NCBI GenBank assembly: GCA_963703315.1
Contig: OY969811.1
Location: 2,400,001-2,464,000 of the forward strand
Length of the DNA: 64,000 nucleotides
Direction: 5' to 3'
Source: an uncultured cyanobacterium
Lineage (GTDB): Bacteria > Cyanobacteriota > Cyanobacteriia > Pseudanabaenales > Pseudanabaenaceae
The notes beneath the pieces were generated by a model. That model saw only the letters and a list, made by a program, of their open reading frames with translations. It was not told where the DNA came from and searched no databases. The first letter of the stretch is position 1; each line of letters begins with the position of its first letter. Positions 1 through 10,613 of this stretch are shown here, in pieces. The translations under genes and the position numbers were made by a program.

Positions 1-853
1 AACCTTGAAAGAGCAAACGATTTAAATCAAAAGTTGCCCCACCTTCACGCCCAATCCCCGGTGCTGTCAGTCTTTGGGCGGCTAGTTCGACATATTCAGC
101 TTTACCCGCGACATAGCCGCCTGCGGTGGCGATCGTCCCACCAGGGTTTTTAATTAAAGACCCTGCAATGATATCGGCTCCAACGGCAGTGGGTTCGCGA
201 TCGCCAATAAATTCACCATAGCAGTTATCCACAAAGCAGACCGTATTCGGATTTTGCTGTTTTACTAAGTGGATAATTTTCTCAATGTCTTCAATCGATA
301 AACTTTGTCGCCATGCATAGCCACACGATCGCTGGATTAAAACCATACGGGTTTGAGGTTTGACGGCTTTTGCGAGAGCTTCCCAATTTACGCCGCCTTC
401 AGGGGTAAGTTCCACTTGACGATAGGTAATACCAAAGTCCTTAAGTGAACCTGCGTAGGTAGTGCCTTGACTGTCGGAGGTGAGGGGATAGCCGATTACT
501 TCTTCAAGGGTATCGTAAGGCGCTCCGACGACTGATAACAGTTCATCAAGGGGGCGTAAAATGCCAAACAAACAACAGGCGATCGCATGAGTTCCTGAAA
601 CAAACTGCACCCGCACGGCAGCAGCTTCTGCGCCCATCACCTGCGCGAAGACCTCATCTAAGACATCACGCCCCATGTCGCCATGTCCATAGCCTGACAC
701 ACTAGCAAAATGATGCGCTCCCACACGGCGATCGCGAAACGCTTGCAATACTCGTTCGAGATTGTTTTTTATATGCAGGTCGATTTCGGTAAAAGTAGGT
801 GCGAGGGCAGTCACTGCTTCTGCAACTAGCAACTTCATTTTGTCAGAGGTCAT
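1..853 (-). CDS. Methionine gamma-lyase family / aluminium-resistance (YnbB-like) PLP protein, 3' end outside the window
   Basis: Manual translation from ATG at 853: MTSDKMKLLVAEAV...HHFASVSGYGHGDMGRDVLDEVFAQ...AVRVQFVSGTHAIAC...GAPYDTLEEVIG...IQRSCGY...FVDNCYGE...GSLIKNPGG. Confidence 0.85.
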   Translation of the reverse strand, partial: MTSDKMKLLVAEAVTALAPTFTEIDLHIKNNLERVLQAFRDRRVGAHHFASVSGYGHGDMGRDVLDEVFAQVMGAEAAAVRVQFVSGTHAIACCLFGILRPLDELLSVVGAPYDTLEEVIGYPLTSDSQGTTYAGSLKDFGITYRQVELTPEGGVNWEALAKAVKPQTRMVLIQRSCGYAWRQSLSIEDIEKIIHLVKQQNPNTVCFVDNCYGEFIGDREPTAVGADIIAGSLIKNPGGTIATAGGYVAGKAEYVELAAQRLTAPGIGREGGATFDLNRLLFQG

Positions 854-1023
854 GTGTCTTCAGGATTTTTTGGCGGTTTATGATCCTACGCGAAAATGAA
901 TAATTTTGTCTAGCAATATCTTTAAGCAAAGAGACTGAAAACACTGCTTCTGCTTTCTAGGCTTGAATTTGTTCTAGTATCATATAAACATAATCAACAC
1001 CAATACTTTTTGAGGAAAAAGAC

Positions 1024-1740
1024 TTGCCTACGCTTGGAGTAAATATTGATCACATTGCCACCATTCGCCAAGCGCGTCGAGGAGTTGAACCAGACCCCGT
1101 TGCGGCAGCAGTGATCGCTGAATTAGCAGGAGCTGATGGTATTACTGTGCATTTGCGCGAAGATCGTCGGCATATCCAAGATCGAGATGTACGTCTGCTC
1201 AGACAAACTATTCGTACTCATCTCAATTTGGAAATGGCGGCAACTCCTGAAATGGTAGCGATCGCCCTTGATGTTAAGCCCGACTATATTACGCTCGTAC
1301 CTGAACGCCGTGAAGAAATTACCACCGAAGGCGGCTTAAATGTTAAAGCTCAATGCGATCGCTTAGGTAAATTTGTGCATCAACTGCAAAATGCAGGCAT
1401 ACCTGTAAGTTTATTTATTGATGCAGAAACAGAGCAAATCCAAGCTTCAGCAAGGACTGGTGCAAAATTTGTAGAATTACATACAGGAACCTATGCTAAT
1501 GCCAAAAATGAAGCGGAGCATCAGCGCGAATTAGCAGTATTAACTAAAGGTGGAGAGTTAGCAATTAGTCTAGGGCTTAGATTAAATTCAGGTCATGGAT
1601 TAACCTATTGGAATACTCGTCCTGTGGCTCAAATTAATGGGATGGAAGAGTTAAATATTGGACACAGCATTATTAGTCGGGCAGTGTTAGTCGGCTTAGA
1701 TAGAGCGATTCGAGAAATGAAAGAGCTAATCAATCCATAA
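1024..1740 (+). CDS. pdxJ: Pyridoxine 5'-phosphate synthase
   Basis: [34 protein letters not shown] and ELNIGH motifs; TTG start. Confidence 0.97.
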   Translation: MPTLGVNIDHIATIRQARRGVEPDPVAAAVIAELAGADGITVHLREDRRHIQDRDVRLLRQTIRTHLNLEMAATPEMVAIALDVKPDYITLVPERREEITTEGGLNVKAQCDRLGKFVHQLQNAGIPVSLFIDAETEQIQASARTGAKFVELHTGTYANAKNEAEHQRELAVLTKGGELAISLGLRLNSGHGLTYWNTRPVAQINGMEELNIGHSIISRAVLVGLDRAIREMKELINP

Positions 1741-1772
1741 AAGAAGGGGTTGCAAAAGCAGCCCCTTCTTTT

Positions 1773-4700
1773 TTATAGAGATTTACTATCTTCCTGCGGC
1801 TTTTCTGACGTATCACTATGATCGCGATCGCCATTTATTGACTCACCATGAACATTATGCAAGTGATGAGTATAACTATCACCATACTCAGCAACTAGTG
1901 CGGAATCAACCATTTTGGCAGTTTTGGGATCATGAACATCTAATTTCATCCGTTTCTCAATAGTCTTCACGACAATATACAGAATGGGAACGATGAATAG
2001 ACTTAACAATGTCGCCACACACATACCACCCATAACCGCAGTCCCAATCGACTGACGGGCGGCAGCTCCTGCTCCTGTAGCGATTACCAGAGGAAAAATT
2101 CCGATAATCGTCGAGAAAGCTGTCATTAAAATGGGGCGTAATCTCTGTTGAGAAGCTTCAATTACGGATTTAGTAATACTCAATCCACTTTCATGGAGCT
2201 GATTGGCAAACTCTACAATCAAAATCGCATTTTTACTTGCCATACCAATGAGCATGACTAATCCAATTTGGGTATAGACATCATTAGAGAAATTGGGATT
2301 GGCAAATCCACGCAAAAACACGGCTGAAAGCGCCCCTAAGACTGCAAGTGGGACTGTGAGCATGATGATTGTGGGATCAATATAGTTTTCGTATTGAGCC
2401 GCTAGTACTAAAAATACAAAGACAATCCCTAAACCAAAGATAAAGAAGGCACTATTACCCGAACCAATTTCTTCTAAAGATAAGCCAGACCATTCATAGC
2501 TAAAGCTTTTGGGTAGGACTTCTTGAGAAATTTTGTTCATGATATCGATCGCCTGTCCTGAACTGACTCCCGGAGCAGTATTGCCTGTAATTTGGACAGA
2601 ACGGAAGAGATTGTAATGGTTAATAATCGAGGGACCCACGGTTTGGGTAACCTTGACGAGATTACTGAGAGGAATCAGTTGTCCTGTACGCGATCGCACA
2701 TAGAGTTTATTGATATCGTCAGGATTAGCACGGAACTGCGCGTCGGCTTGGACATAAACACGATAGGTACGCCCAAAGCTGTTGAAGTCATTGACATATT
2801 GCGAACCGAGCAAAGTCTGCAAGGTGTTGTAAATATCTTGCAGAGATACTTGTAACGCATTTGCCTTAACGCGATCGACATCAACGGTTAATTGCGGAGT
2901 GTTCCCATTGAAACTAGGGCGTAAGCCAGCCAACATCGGACGACTGGGATCGGGATAGGTACTAGCCTTGCCTAATAAAGCACCCATAGTCTGTTCGATT
3001 ACAGGGAAACCTTGGTTAGCCTTGTCTTGCAACTGGTATTCAAAACCACCATAGTTACTCAAACCTTGAATTGCTGGCGGTGGAAAGGGAACTACAAAAG
3101 CATCTTGAATGGAAATTAGGGAAGGCAATAAACCAAATGGTTTTGGTGTAAATCCACCAATAATTTCACTAGCCGATCTCGACCTCTCTTTCCAAGGTTT
3201 TAGTGTCGTGAAGACAATGCCATTATTAGGTGTATTACCACTAAAGCTAAAGCCCGCGATCGCAAAAATATTCGAGATTTCAGGATAAACAGGATCACCC
3301 TTTTCGTCTTTGCGGCGCATGATTGCTTCCACGTTTTCCAGCACCTTTTCGGTGTAGTTAAGAGATACACCTTCAGGAGCTTGGACAATCGTAATGAAAT
3401 AGCCTTGATCTTCCTGTGGCAAGAAACCTCGAGGCACAATCGTATATACCCAATAGGTCGCAAACAGGGAAATCACAAATAGCAGCATCATCAAGCCTTT
3501 TAAATGAGTTGCTGTGGTGAGAATCTTTTGATAGCGATTCTTTGTACCATCAATTACCCAATTAACGCGATCAAAAAACCAATTGCTATGGGCTGGCTCC
3601 TGTTTTAGTAAAAATGCTGCTAAGGTTGGCGAAAGGGTCAAAGCATTAAAAGTAGAAACAGTGATCGAAAAGGCGATCGTCAACGCAAACTGTTTGTACA
3701 ATTGCCCCGTCGTCCCGGGGAAAAAGGCAACAGGCACAAACACCGCAATCAATACCATCGAGCTAGCAATGACTGCGCCTTGCAATTCATTCATCGCCGC
3801 GATCGCCGCTTTAACAGGTGTTTCTCCTTTTTCTTGAATGCGGCGCGTCACATCCTCCACAACCACGATCGCATCATCGACTACTAGCCCTGTGGCAAGG
3901 GTCAAGCCAAATAGGGTCAGAGTATTGATATTAAAATTCAGCAGTTTAATGAAAATAAATGTGCCAATTAAAGACACAGGAATGGCGATAGCAGGGATTA
4001 ATGTCGAGCGCCAATTTTGCAGAAATAGGTAAATAATCACGATTACGAGGACGATCGCAATCAGTAGTGAGATAATGACTTCCTCAGTTCCCGCTTCGAT
4101 GAAACTGGTGGTATCGAAGGCAACCTCATAATTTAACCCTGGCGGAAAAGTTGGTTTTAACTCCTTTAGAGCAAGTTTTACAGCATGAGCTACATCTAAA
4201 GCATTCGCATCAGGTAATTGTGATACACCTAAACCAATGCCACGAGTACCATTAAATCGCAATGCAGAGCCATAGTTTTCTGCACCCAATTCCACACGCC
4301 CAACATCACGAAGTTTAATTAGTGAGCCATCACTGGCAGTTCTAATAACAATTTCTGAAAATTCTTCAGTGCTTTTTAATCGACCTGTCGCGGAAATCGA
4401 TAGTTGATATTGTTGGTCAGGTAAGTTGGGTTGCTGTCCAATTTGCCCAACCCCTACCTGTAAGTTTTGCTGCTGAATTGCAGTAACCACATCTTGAGCC
4501 GTCAAGCCTCTTGCTGAGAGACGATTGGGGTCAAGCCAGACCCGCATCGCATATTTACGCTCACCAAAAATGATGACATTGCCAACTCCCTTGACTTTCT
4601 TAATCGCATCAACAATGTAGAGATCAGCATAATTACTTAAATACAGATCGTCATATTCTCCTTTTTCAGAATACACACCGATCGCAAAGAGGAAGCCTGA

Positions 4701-5111
4701 AGATTCTTTGCTAACCCTGACTCCCGTTTGTTGCACTGGGGCAGGTAGTTGGGATTGCACACTAGAGACACGGTTTTGGACATCCACCGCCGCAATATCT
4801 TTGTTTTTGCCTAAGTCAAAAACTAGGTTGACAGAACTAACTCCATTATTAGCACTAGTGGAAGTGATGTAGCGAACTCCCTCAATTCCATTCAATTCTC
4901 TTTCGAGAATATTGGTAACTGTGGACTCCACAACTTCGGCGTTTGCTCCAACGTAGTTGGCAGTAACAGTCACCTTTGGGGGCGTAATTTCAGGATATTG
5001 GGCAACAGGCAAAAGAAAAATGCAAGCTGTTCCCAATAATGTAATCACTACAGAACAAACTGTTGCAAATACAGGTCGTCTGATGAAGAAGTCAGAAATT
5101 GATAGCAGCAT
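1773..5111 (-). CDS. RND efflux transporter permease (AcrB/HAE1 family)
   Basis: FFIRRPVFA start, GLVVDDAIVVVE, KNAILIVEFA and RLRPILMT motifs; ~1110 aa. Confidence 0.95.
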   Translation of the reverse strand: MLLSISDFFIRRPVFATVCSVVITLLGTACIFLLPVAQYPEITPPKVTVTANYVGANAEVVESTVTNILERELNGIEGVRYITSTSANNGVSSVNLVFDLGKNKDIAAVDVQNRVSSVQSQLPAPVQQTGVRVSKESSGFLFAIGVYSEKGEYDDLYLSNYADLYIVDAIKKVKGVGNVIIFGERKYAMRVWLDPNRLSARGLTAQDVVTAIQQQNLQVGVGQIGQQPNLPDQQYQLSISATGRLKSTEEFSEIVIRTASDGSLIKLRDVGRVELGAENYGSALRFNGTRGIGLGVSQLPDANALDVAHAVKLALKELKPTFPPGLNYEVAFDTTSFIEAGTEEVIISLLIAIVLVIVIIYLFLQNWRSTLIPAIAIPVSLIGTFIFIKLLNFNINTLTLFGLTLATGLVVDDAIVVVEDVTRRIQEKGETPVKAAIAAMNELQGAVIASSMVLIAVFVPVAFFPGTTGQLYKQFALTIAFSITVSTFNALTLSPTLAAFLLKQEPAHSNWFFDRVNWVIDGTKNRYQKILTTATHLKGLMMLLFVISLFATYWVYTIVPRGFLPQEDQGYFITIVQAPEGVSLNYTEKVLENVEAIMRRKDEKGDPVYPEISNIFAIAGFSFSGNTPNNGIVFTTLKPWKERSRSASEIIGGFTPKPFGLLPSLISIQDAFVVPFPPPAIQGLSNYGGFEYQLQDKANQGFPVIEQTMGALLGKASTYPDPSRPMLAGLRPSFNGNTPQLTVDVDRVKANALQVSLQDIYNTLQTLLGSQYVNDFNSFGRTYRVYVQADAQFRANPDDINKLYVRSRTGQLIPLSNLVKVTQTVGPSIINHYNLFRSVQITGNTAPGVSSGQAIDIMNKISQEVLPKSFSYEWSGLSLEEIGSGNSAFFIFGLGIVFVFLVLAAQYENYIDPTIIMLTVPLAVLGALSAVFLRGFANPNFSNDVYTQIGLVMLIGMASKNAILIVEFANQLHESGLSITKSVIEASQQRLRPILMTAFSTIIGIFPLVIATGAGAAARQSIGTAVMGGMCVATLLSLFIVPILYIVVKTIEKRMKLDVHDPKTAKMVDSALVAEYGDSYTHHLHNVHGESINGDRDHSDTSEKPQEDSKSL

Positions 5112-5165
5112 TGGCAAATTTAAGAATTAAAAGTTGAGAAATTAAGCCTTGCCACTGACTGCTAA

Positions 5166-5266
5166 TACCAAAACTAAAAATGGCGTAGCCATTTTTAGTT
5201 TTAAAAACCCTTACTGGGTTTGTTTTTTAATTCACGAAAGTGTGACAACACTTTCATGAATTGGTA
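5166..5266. repeat. Palindromic MITE-like element, family E (TACCAA...TTGGTA)
   Basis: Two hairpins, CTAAAAATGGCGTAGCCATTTTTAG and AATTCACGAAAGTGTGACAACACTTTCATGAATT; related pieces at ~20038-20078, ~27600-27675 and ~58847-58885. Confidence 0.7.
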
Positions 5267-5311
5267 TAAAACCTAGAAATAGCAGAAAATGTCATTAATG
5301 TCATTCATGCT

Positions 5312-5408
5312 CTAAGACATAAAAGCGATTCATAGAGTTGTGGTGCTAAGCACCACAACTCTATGAATCGCTTTTGGTTTTGTCCTAACATAACTGGCTA
5401 CCGCTATA
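5312..5408. repeat. MITE-like element, family C (partial)
   Basis: TAAGACATAAAA-[long hairpin]-TTTTGGTTTTGTCCTAACATAACTGGCTACCGCTATA; ends shared with 39203-39311 and 20077-20191. Confidence 0.75.
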
Positions 5409-5438
5409 TTTATTTCTGTGCTGAGGAGACAGAGCAAT

Positions 5439-5954
5439 TTACAAAAATGCTGTCAAGATATTGGGCAACAACAACACAATAGCAATAATTAAAGCAGCGA
5501 TCGCCGCAATTAGCACTGCACCAGCCGCACAATCCTTAGCAATCTTGGCTAACTGATGAAATTCACGCCCCACCGTTAAATCAACTACTGCTTCCAAAGC
5601 TGTATTCAACAACTCTAGTACCAAAACTAGGGCGATCGTTAAGCTGATAATCGAGCAAGCTACGGCTGAAAGTTGGAAATAAAGACTGAGGGATAGGGCG
5701 ATCGCACCAATGATCACATGAATCCGAAAATTGCGCTGGGTACGAAAAGCGTAGCCCACGCCTTGTCCCGCATATTGAAAGCTCAGTAGTAAATTTGTGG
5801 CAATTTTAAAAGAGGCACTGCGCTTGGCGGCACTTTGTTCAGTCTCATCTGTTTCCAATTCATCAGTCTTTGTCATTTGCTCGAATAAAAAAGGCGATTT
5901 CAACAAAAATAGTCTTGGTAGCGATAAATCATTGTTCATGGAGATTATTCCCAA
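5439..5954 (-). CDS. dgkA: Diacylglycerol/undecaprenol kinase (DgkA family)
   Basis: QRNFRIH, ELLNTALEAVVDL and AKIAKDCAAGAV motifs; true start may lie downstream. Confidence 0.9.
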   Translation of the reverse strand: MGIISMNNDLSLPRLFLLKSPFLFEQMTKTDELETDETEQSAAKRSASFKIATNLLLSFQYAGQGVGYAFRTQRNFRIHVIIGAIALSLSLYFQLSAVACSIISLTIALVLVLELLNTALEAVVDLTVGREFHQLAKIAKDCAAGAVLIAAIAALIIAIVLLLPNILTAFL

Positions 5955-6042
5955 TAGACTTTGCTAAGCAATTGCCAAAAACTTTAAAGATTTTAACGCT
6001 AAAAAATTAGTTTACTCAAATTACGCACACAAATAGTTAAGT

Positions 6043-6128
6043 TACAGCGCTTTGCGCTGAGTAAAAACCCAGAGAAATTATTGAAAGCGCCACTTCGCGG
6101 CGCTTTCAATAATTTCTCTGGGTTACTG
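6043..6128. repeat. Palindromic repeat, family D (TACAGCGCTTTGCGCT end)
   Basis: Long inverted repeat ACCCAGAGAAATTATTGAAAGCGCC...GGCGCTTTCAATAATTTCTCTGGGT; similar end motif at ~14831, ~16013, ~18030-18045 and 45373. Confidence 0.65.
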
Positions 6129-6129
6129 C

Positions 6130-6231
6130 TAAGTAGGTTGTTGGAATTAAATGTAGGATGGGTTACGCTGTCGCTAACCCATCATCTTTACCCAATTGAT
6201 GAGTTACGTTGCACTAACGCATCCTACAAAT
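6130..6231. repeat. GTAG-type REP doublet (REPIN-like)
   Basis: GTAGGATGGGTTA...TAACCCATC ... GATGAGTTACG...TAACGCATCCTAC; near-identical copy at 16066-16186. Confidence 0.8.
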
Positions 6232-6232
6232 G

Positions 6233-6724
6233 TCAAAGTGAAATTAGCTGCAACATTAGGTCTTGTTGGTTTAGCATCGCTTCTAAACTTTCATCGTCAG
6301 GATGATCCCAGCCGAGTAAATGCAATAAACCATGAGCAGCAAGCCAAGCTAATTCATAAGTTAGCGAATGACCACGTTCCTCTGCTTGACTAATTGCTGT
6401 GGTTTGAGAAATGATAATGTCGCCCAGATAAGTTGGCTCAATATAATCAGAGTTTTCGACAGGAATATCTGGCACTTCAGATTCCAAAGCCGAGAAGGAC
6501 AACACATCAGTTGGGCAATCCTGTTGTCGATATTGCAAATTTAATTTTTGAATTCTCAAGTCATCGGTAATTGCTAGAGATAACTCATACTCTCCGTCAG
6601 CGATCGCCTGTTGATCTTGGAGGTATACCTCCCATCTGGCAAACCATGCTTGCCATTGCTCTAATGCGATCGGATGCTGATCAACAACTTCAGGATGGAT
6701 TTCACAATACAAATCTATACTCAA
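6233..6724 (-). CDS. ybeY: rRNA maturation endoribonuclease YbeY
   Basis: LNxxYR, PTDVLSF, LGDIIIS and HGLLHLLGWDH motifs. Confidence 0.95.
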   Translation of the reverse strand: MSIDLYCEIHPEVVDQHPIALEQWQAWFARWEVYLQDQQAIADGEYELSLAITDDLRIQKLNLQYRQQDCPTDVLSFSALESEVPDIPVENSDYIEPTYLGDIIISQTTAISQAEERGHSLTYELAWLAAHGLLHLLGWDHPDDESLEAMLNQQDLMLQLISL

Positions 6725-7212
6725 CGCTTTAAAACCCCATCATCATAAGTGGCAAGATTAAGTGGCAAGAAAAATAAAAAAGCAATTTTAGGACTGTTTC
6801 TATTCAAGAATTAATCAGCTTTATTAATAAAAGCAAACAATAGTTGTAGGAGAGTTTTATTGTTTTTTATTGTTTTTTATTGCTTGATTTAGAGAATCAT
6901 CTTAAGGTAATAGTGACAACAATTATCCTATAGAAATAGATTTAATCGGCAATTGCAAATCCAAACAAAGCATAGCTCAGAGATAAAAGCAACACAAATA
7001 CTTTGATTGTTAATCTATAAATATTATCTTGCCAACAATTATTTCTAATCAGTAATTTTGATATAGAAAGTCCTAAAAATTGATAATTAAGTCCTAAGAA
7101 CAGAAAATGACTAAATCAATCATTTGCTTCGCTATATATTTTAGTGATTGCTACATTAACAATATAACAGTTGTTTAAATGTTTGAGATAGTCTTAGGAA
7201 AGCACTAAATGT

Positions 7213-7437
7213 CTAATGAAAAGCTATTGCCAAACCTAGCAATGCCCCAATCACTCCAAAAACAGTGAGTGCGAAGTGAAATAGGGATGTGCTGCCTTTT
7301 TTGACCATATTTCGCATCGCAAGTTTAACAAAGCTATCTTGTGCTTGTGACTTGTTAGTAGTAGAAACTGGATTGCTATCATTATTACTAGCACTTTTGG
7401 AGTTAGAAGTTGAGGCAGAATTTGGATTAATATTCAT
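7213..7437 (-). CDS. Small conserved cyanobacterial membrane protein (DUF3285-like)
   Basis: SFVKLAMRNMVKKGSTSLFHFALT motif followed by a TM helix; ATG at 7437. Confidence 0.8.
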   Translation of the reverse strand: MNINPNSASTSNSKSASNNDSNPVSTTNKSQAQDSFVKLAMRNMVKKGSTSLFHFALTVFGVIGALLGLAIAFH

Positions 7438-7845
7438 AGTCTTATAGATAATTTGTAAGAATTTAATAATAAATTTTAAGGGAACTAATGAAGAACAACT
7501 AACTTTCAACCGATGTAATTACGGATACATGATTTAGCTTGATGTATAACTTAGCTAAGAGTTAATAGGGACTGGCTTACTAATTGAAGAAATCAATCAT
7601 CAATGTTACTTGACAGAAAAAACATTCACTTATAAATATTTATTTATCTAGCCACATTCTCTTAAAGAAAGTTTATCATCGACATACACGATATCTTATA
7701 GAATTAAGAGTGTTATCTTCATAACTAAGATAACTAATGCAAAAGAACTAATGCAAAATCAGTATAAGTAATTTTGCTGTTGTATAGTACAGTCTGCAAA
7801 GGCAAAATTTAAAGGCCTAACATAGTTAACTCGGAGAACATTACT

Positions 7846-8064
7846 ATGGCTGTCGAAAAAGTCAATTCTTCCTCTAGTCTAGCGGAAGTTATCGATCGCA
7901 TTTTGGATAAGGGCATTGTTATTGATGCATGGGTAAGAGTCTCTTTGGTGGGAATCGAACTATTGTCAATCGAAGCTCGTGTTGTTATCGCCTCGGTAGA
8001 AACATACCTCAAGTATGCTGAAGCAGTTGGTCTAACAGCATCGGCGGCAGTACCTGCTGCTTAG
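7846..8064 (+). CDS. gvpA: Gas vesicle structural protein GvpA
   Basis: [47 protein letters not shown] upstream. Confidence 0.99.
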   Translation: MAVEKVNSSSSLAEVIDRILDKGIVIDAWVRVSLVGIELLSIEARVVIASVETYLKYAEAVGLTASAAVPAA

Positions 8065-8148
8065 TCTCATTTACGACTAGCATTGCTAGCAGTAAGTCAC
8101 TAAACAATAGATTATTAGCCTACCGATTTCTTTTCTACCTCCTTCCGA

Positions 8149-8198
8149 CCAAAAACTATCTTGTCAGTTTCTTGCTGACCAAGCAATAGATTTTTGGC
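8149..8198 (+). terminator. Stem-loop in the gvpA-gvpC spacer (partial terminator or mRNA stabiliser)
   Basis: CCAAAAACTATCTTGTCAG...CTGACCAAGCAATAGATTTTTGG imperfect inverted repeat. Confidence 0.45.
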
Positions 8199-8317
8199 AA
8201 GGTAGTTTATACGGTGGGAAGGGGGATCACTACATGAAACTTGCGACGCTGAAACAGTCTGATTTTGAGTTTGATTTAGAATTTTGATTTAGAAAGAGTG
8301 AATTTGAGGTTAACGTT

Positions 8318-9361
8318 ATGGCTTCTTTGATGCAAGGGTTTGCAGAAGCAAGACAGAGACGATTACAGGATCGGGCAAACTTTCTAGCTGAACAGCAGCT
8401 AGCACGAGAGCAAAGGGAAAGAGAGTTACAAGCTCAATCAGAAGCAACTGCAAAGTATTTAGCTCATGCTGAGCAAACACGTCTTGCATGGGAACAGGGC
8501 AGGCAGGCGATCGCTGAGAATGCGTTAGAATCTCGCAAGCAAGAAATCCAAGATCGGGCGGCACAAGTATCAGAATATTTAGAAAATCTAAATATTAATC
8601 GTATTGAGCAAGCTATTGAAGACAATGCTCAACGCGCTCAAGAAGTCAGAACTCGTACCTTTAAAACGCGATCGCAGCTAAAACATATTCACAAAGCGCG
8701 GATTCGTGCAGGTAAGGCTGATTTGGCACAACGTCAACAAGTGGTACGCGATCGCGCCGCTTTAACACAAATAGAAATCGAAGATCTTACCAAAGTCCGT
8801 CTTGCCAACGCTGTTGCTGCTGCTCAACAAAGAGCGCAAGAATTTAGCGATCTCGTGGCTAATGTCCAAGCATCCCTAGAGGAAATTACATCTAATCGCC
8901 TTGCAGAAGCTGAAGTTCAGGCTACTAACTTACAAGCTTTTCGTTCACAATTAGCTATTTCAGTTTGGGCTGGCTCCCGTTCTGTAGCGGTTAGCGCACC
9001 TCCAGCAACACCTAAGCAAGACAATAAAACAGCGTCTGATACTTCTGAAAGCTCTAGCTCGAAGCCTAAAAAGAAAAACACTAAAGCTGAAAGTGTCGTC
9101 GCATCATCACCTGAACCAGCGATCGCTAAGCCCACTGAAGTCAAAGAAGCACCCAAAGAAACTCCTAAACCTTCTGGCAAAATCGAGCAGTTTGTGGTTG
9201 ACTATGTTGCCCAATTATCGACAAACTCTAGCTTGTTAGAAGTCGTCAATGATCGCGATACGGTCAGAGATTTACTAGCACAAGGAGCCAACACCTTAAA
9301 AGTTGATCCCTCGGATATCCTTAATACCCTGCTACAAATGGCAGAAGGCACTGCAACATGA
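8318..9361 (+). CDS. gvpC: Gas vesicle protein GvpC (divergent, with C-terminal extension)
   Basis: Lies between gvpA and gvpN; helical Ala/Gln/Arg-rich repeats at exact 33 aa spacing (RIEQA.., RIRAG.., RLANA.., RLAEA..). Confidence 0.8.
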   Translation: MASLMQGFAEARQRRLQDRANFLAEQQLAREQRERELQAQSEATAKYLAHAEQTRLAWEQGRQAIAENALESRKQEIQDRAAQVSEYLENLNINRIEQAIEDNAQRAQEVRTRTFKTRSQLKHIHKARIRAGKADLAQRQQVVRDRAALTQIEIEDLTKVRLANAVAAAQQRAQEFSDLVANVQASLEEITSNRLAEAEVQATNLQAFRSQLAISVWAGSRSVAVSAPPATPKQDNKTASDTSESSSSKPKKKNTKAESVVASSPEPAIAKPTEVKEAPKETPKPSGKIEQFVVDYVAQLSTNSSLLEVVNDRDTVRDLLAQGANTLKVDPSDILNTLLQMAEGTAT

Positions 9362-10239
9362 CCACCGTTCTCCATGCCAATGCGCGTCAGTTTGTTAGCA
9401 CTGACTTCACCAAGCAAATAGTGCGTCGGGCTTTACGCTATTTACAATCAGGCTTTGCGATTCATTTGCGGGGACCCGCAGGGACGGGTAAAACCACCTT
9501 AGCTATGCATCTTGCGGGTTTAGTTGGTAGACCGATGGTATTGATCTATGGTGATGAGGATTTGCGATCGTCGCAACTGATCGGCTCTAACTCAGGTTAT
9601 TCGCGCAAAAAAGTTGTCGATAACTATATCCACTCAGTCTTGAAAGTTGAAGACGACCTGCGCCAAAGCTGGACAGACTCACGCCTGACTTTGGCTGCTA
9701 AGGAAGGCTTCACCCTGATTTACGATGAGTTCAACCGATCTCGCCCCGAAGTAAATAACGTTCTACTCAGCGCTCTCGAAGAAAAACTGATTGTATTACC
9801 GCCTGACAGTTCCCAATCGGAATATGTGCGCGTACATCCTTCTTTCCGAGCAATCTTTACTTCCAATCCCGAAGAATATGCTGGTGTGCATCCCACTCAA
9901 GACGCACTACTCGATCGCATGATCACCATTAACGTCGGTGAAGCGGATGTGGAAACCGAAAAGCAAATTTTGGTCAATCGGGTAGGACTAGATCGCACTC
10001 AAGCCCTAAAATTAATTAACTTAATTCGTGGCTTCCGCCGTCAAGTGGAATGTAGTAAAGCTTCGAGTTTACGGGCTTGTCTACTGATTGGCAAAATTTG
10101 TCACGAACATGAGATTCCTGTCTCTGGTAAAGATGAGGATTTTCGCGATCTTTGTTTTGATGTCCTGATTTCTCGCTATGGTGATGGTAAGCCTGAGTCA
10201 GAACTCGGACTCGCTAAATTATTGGATCAGATACCTTAA
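9358..10239 (+). CDS. gvpN: Gas vesicle AAA+ ATPase GvpN
   Basis: GPAGTGKT Walker A, YDEFNRSRPE, TSNPEEYAGVH and QDALLDR motifs. Confidence 0.97.
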   Translation: MTTVLHANARQFVSTDFTKQIVRRALRYLQSGFAIHLRGPAGTGKTTLAMHLAGLVGRPMVLIYGDEDLRSSQLIGSNSGYSRKKVVDNYIHSVLKVEDDLRQSWTDSRLTLAAKEGFTLIYDEFNRSRPEVNNVLLSALEEKLIVLPPDSSQSEYVRVHPSFRAIFTSNPEEYAGVHPTQDALLDRMITINVGEADVETEKQILVNRVGLDRTQALKLINLIRGFRRQVECSKASSLRACLLIGKICHEHEIPVSGKDEDFRDLCFDVLISRYGDGKPESELGLAKLLDQIP

Positions 10240-10565
10240 TGTCTCAAGCTCTTAAACCTCAAGCAATTAAAACCAGCACTACTGGCTCCTCCTTAGCAGA
10301 TATTCTGGAAAGAGTATTAGATAAGGGAATTGTCATTGCGGGTGATATTACAGTGTCTGTGGGCAGTGTGGAGTTATTAAGCATCCGCATTCGCTTATTA
10401 GTTGCCTCGGTGGATAAGGCTAAGGAAATAGGGATTAACTGGTGGGAATCTGATCCCTATTTATCTTCCAGAACGCAGGAATTACTCGCGTCTAATCAAC
10501 AATTACTAGAACGAGTCAATCTCCTAGAGCGAGAGTTAGCAGCAACTAAACAACTAACCAATTAA
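10239..10565 (+). CDS. gvpJ: Gas vesicle protein GvpJ
   Basis: SLADILERVLDKGIVIAGDI...GINWWESDPYLS. Confidence 0.95.
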   Translation: MSQALKPQAIKTSTTGSSLADILERVLDKGIVIAGDITVSVGSVELLSIRIRLLVASVDKAKEIGINWWESDPYLSSRTQELLASNQQLLERVNLLERELAATKQLTN

Positions 10566-10613
10566 AAAAAGAAGGCTCAAATGAGCTTTCTTTTTTTAAT
10601 TGCAACTAGCTAT

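Noticed and set aside
6725..7212. AT-rich gap with short tandem repeats (AAGTGGCAAGA x2, TTTTATTG x3)
   Set aside because: No ORF or structured RNA could be supported; probably promoter or low-complexity DNA.
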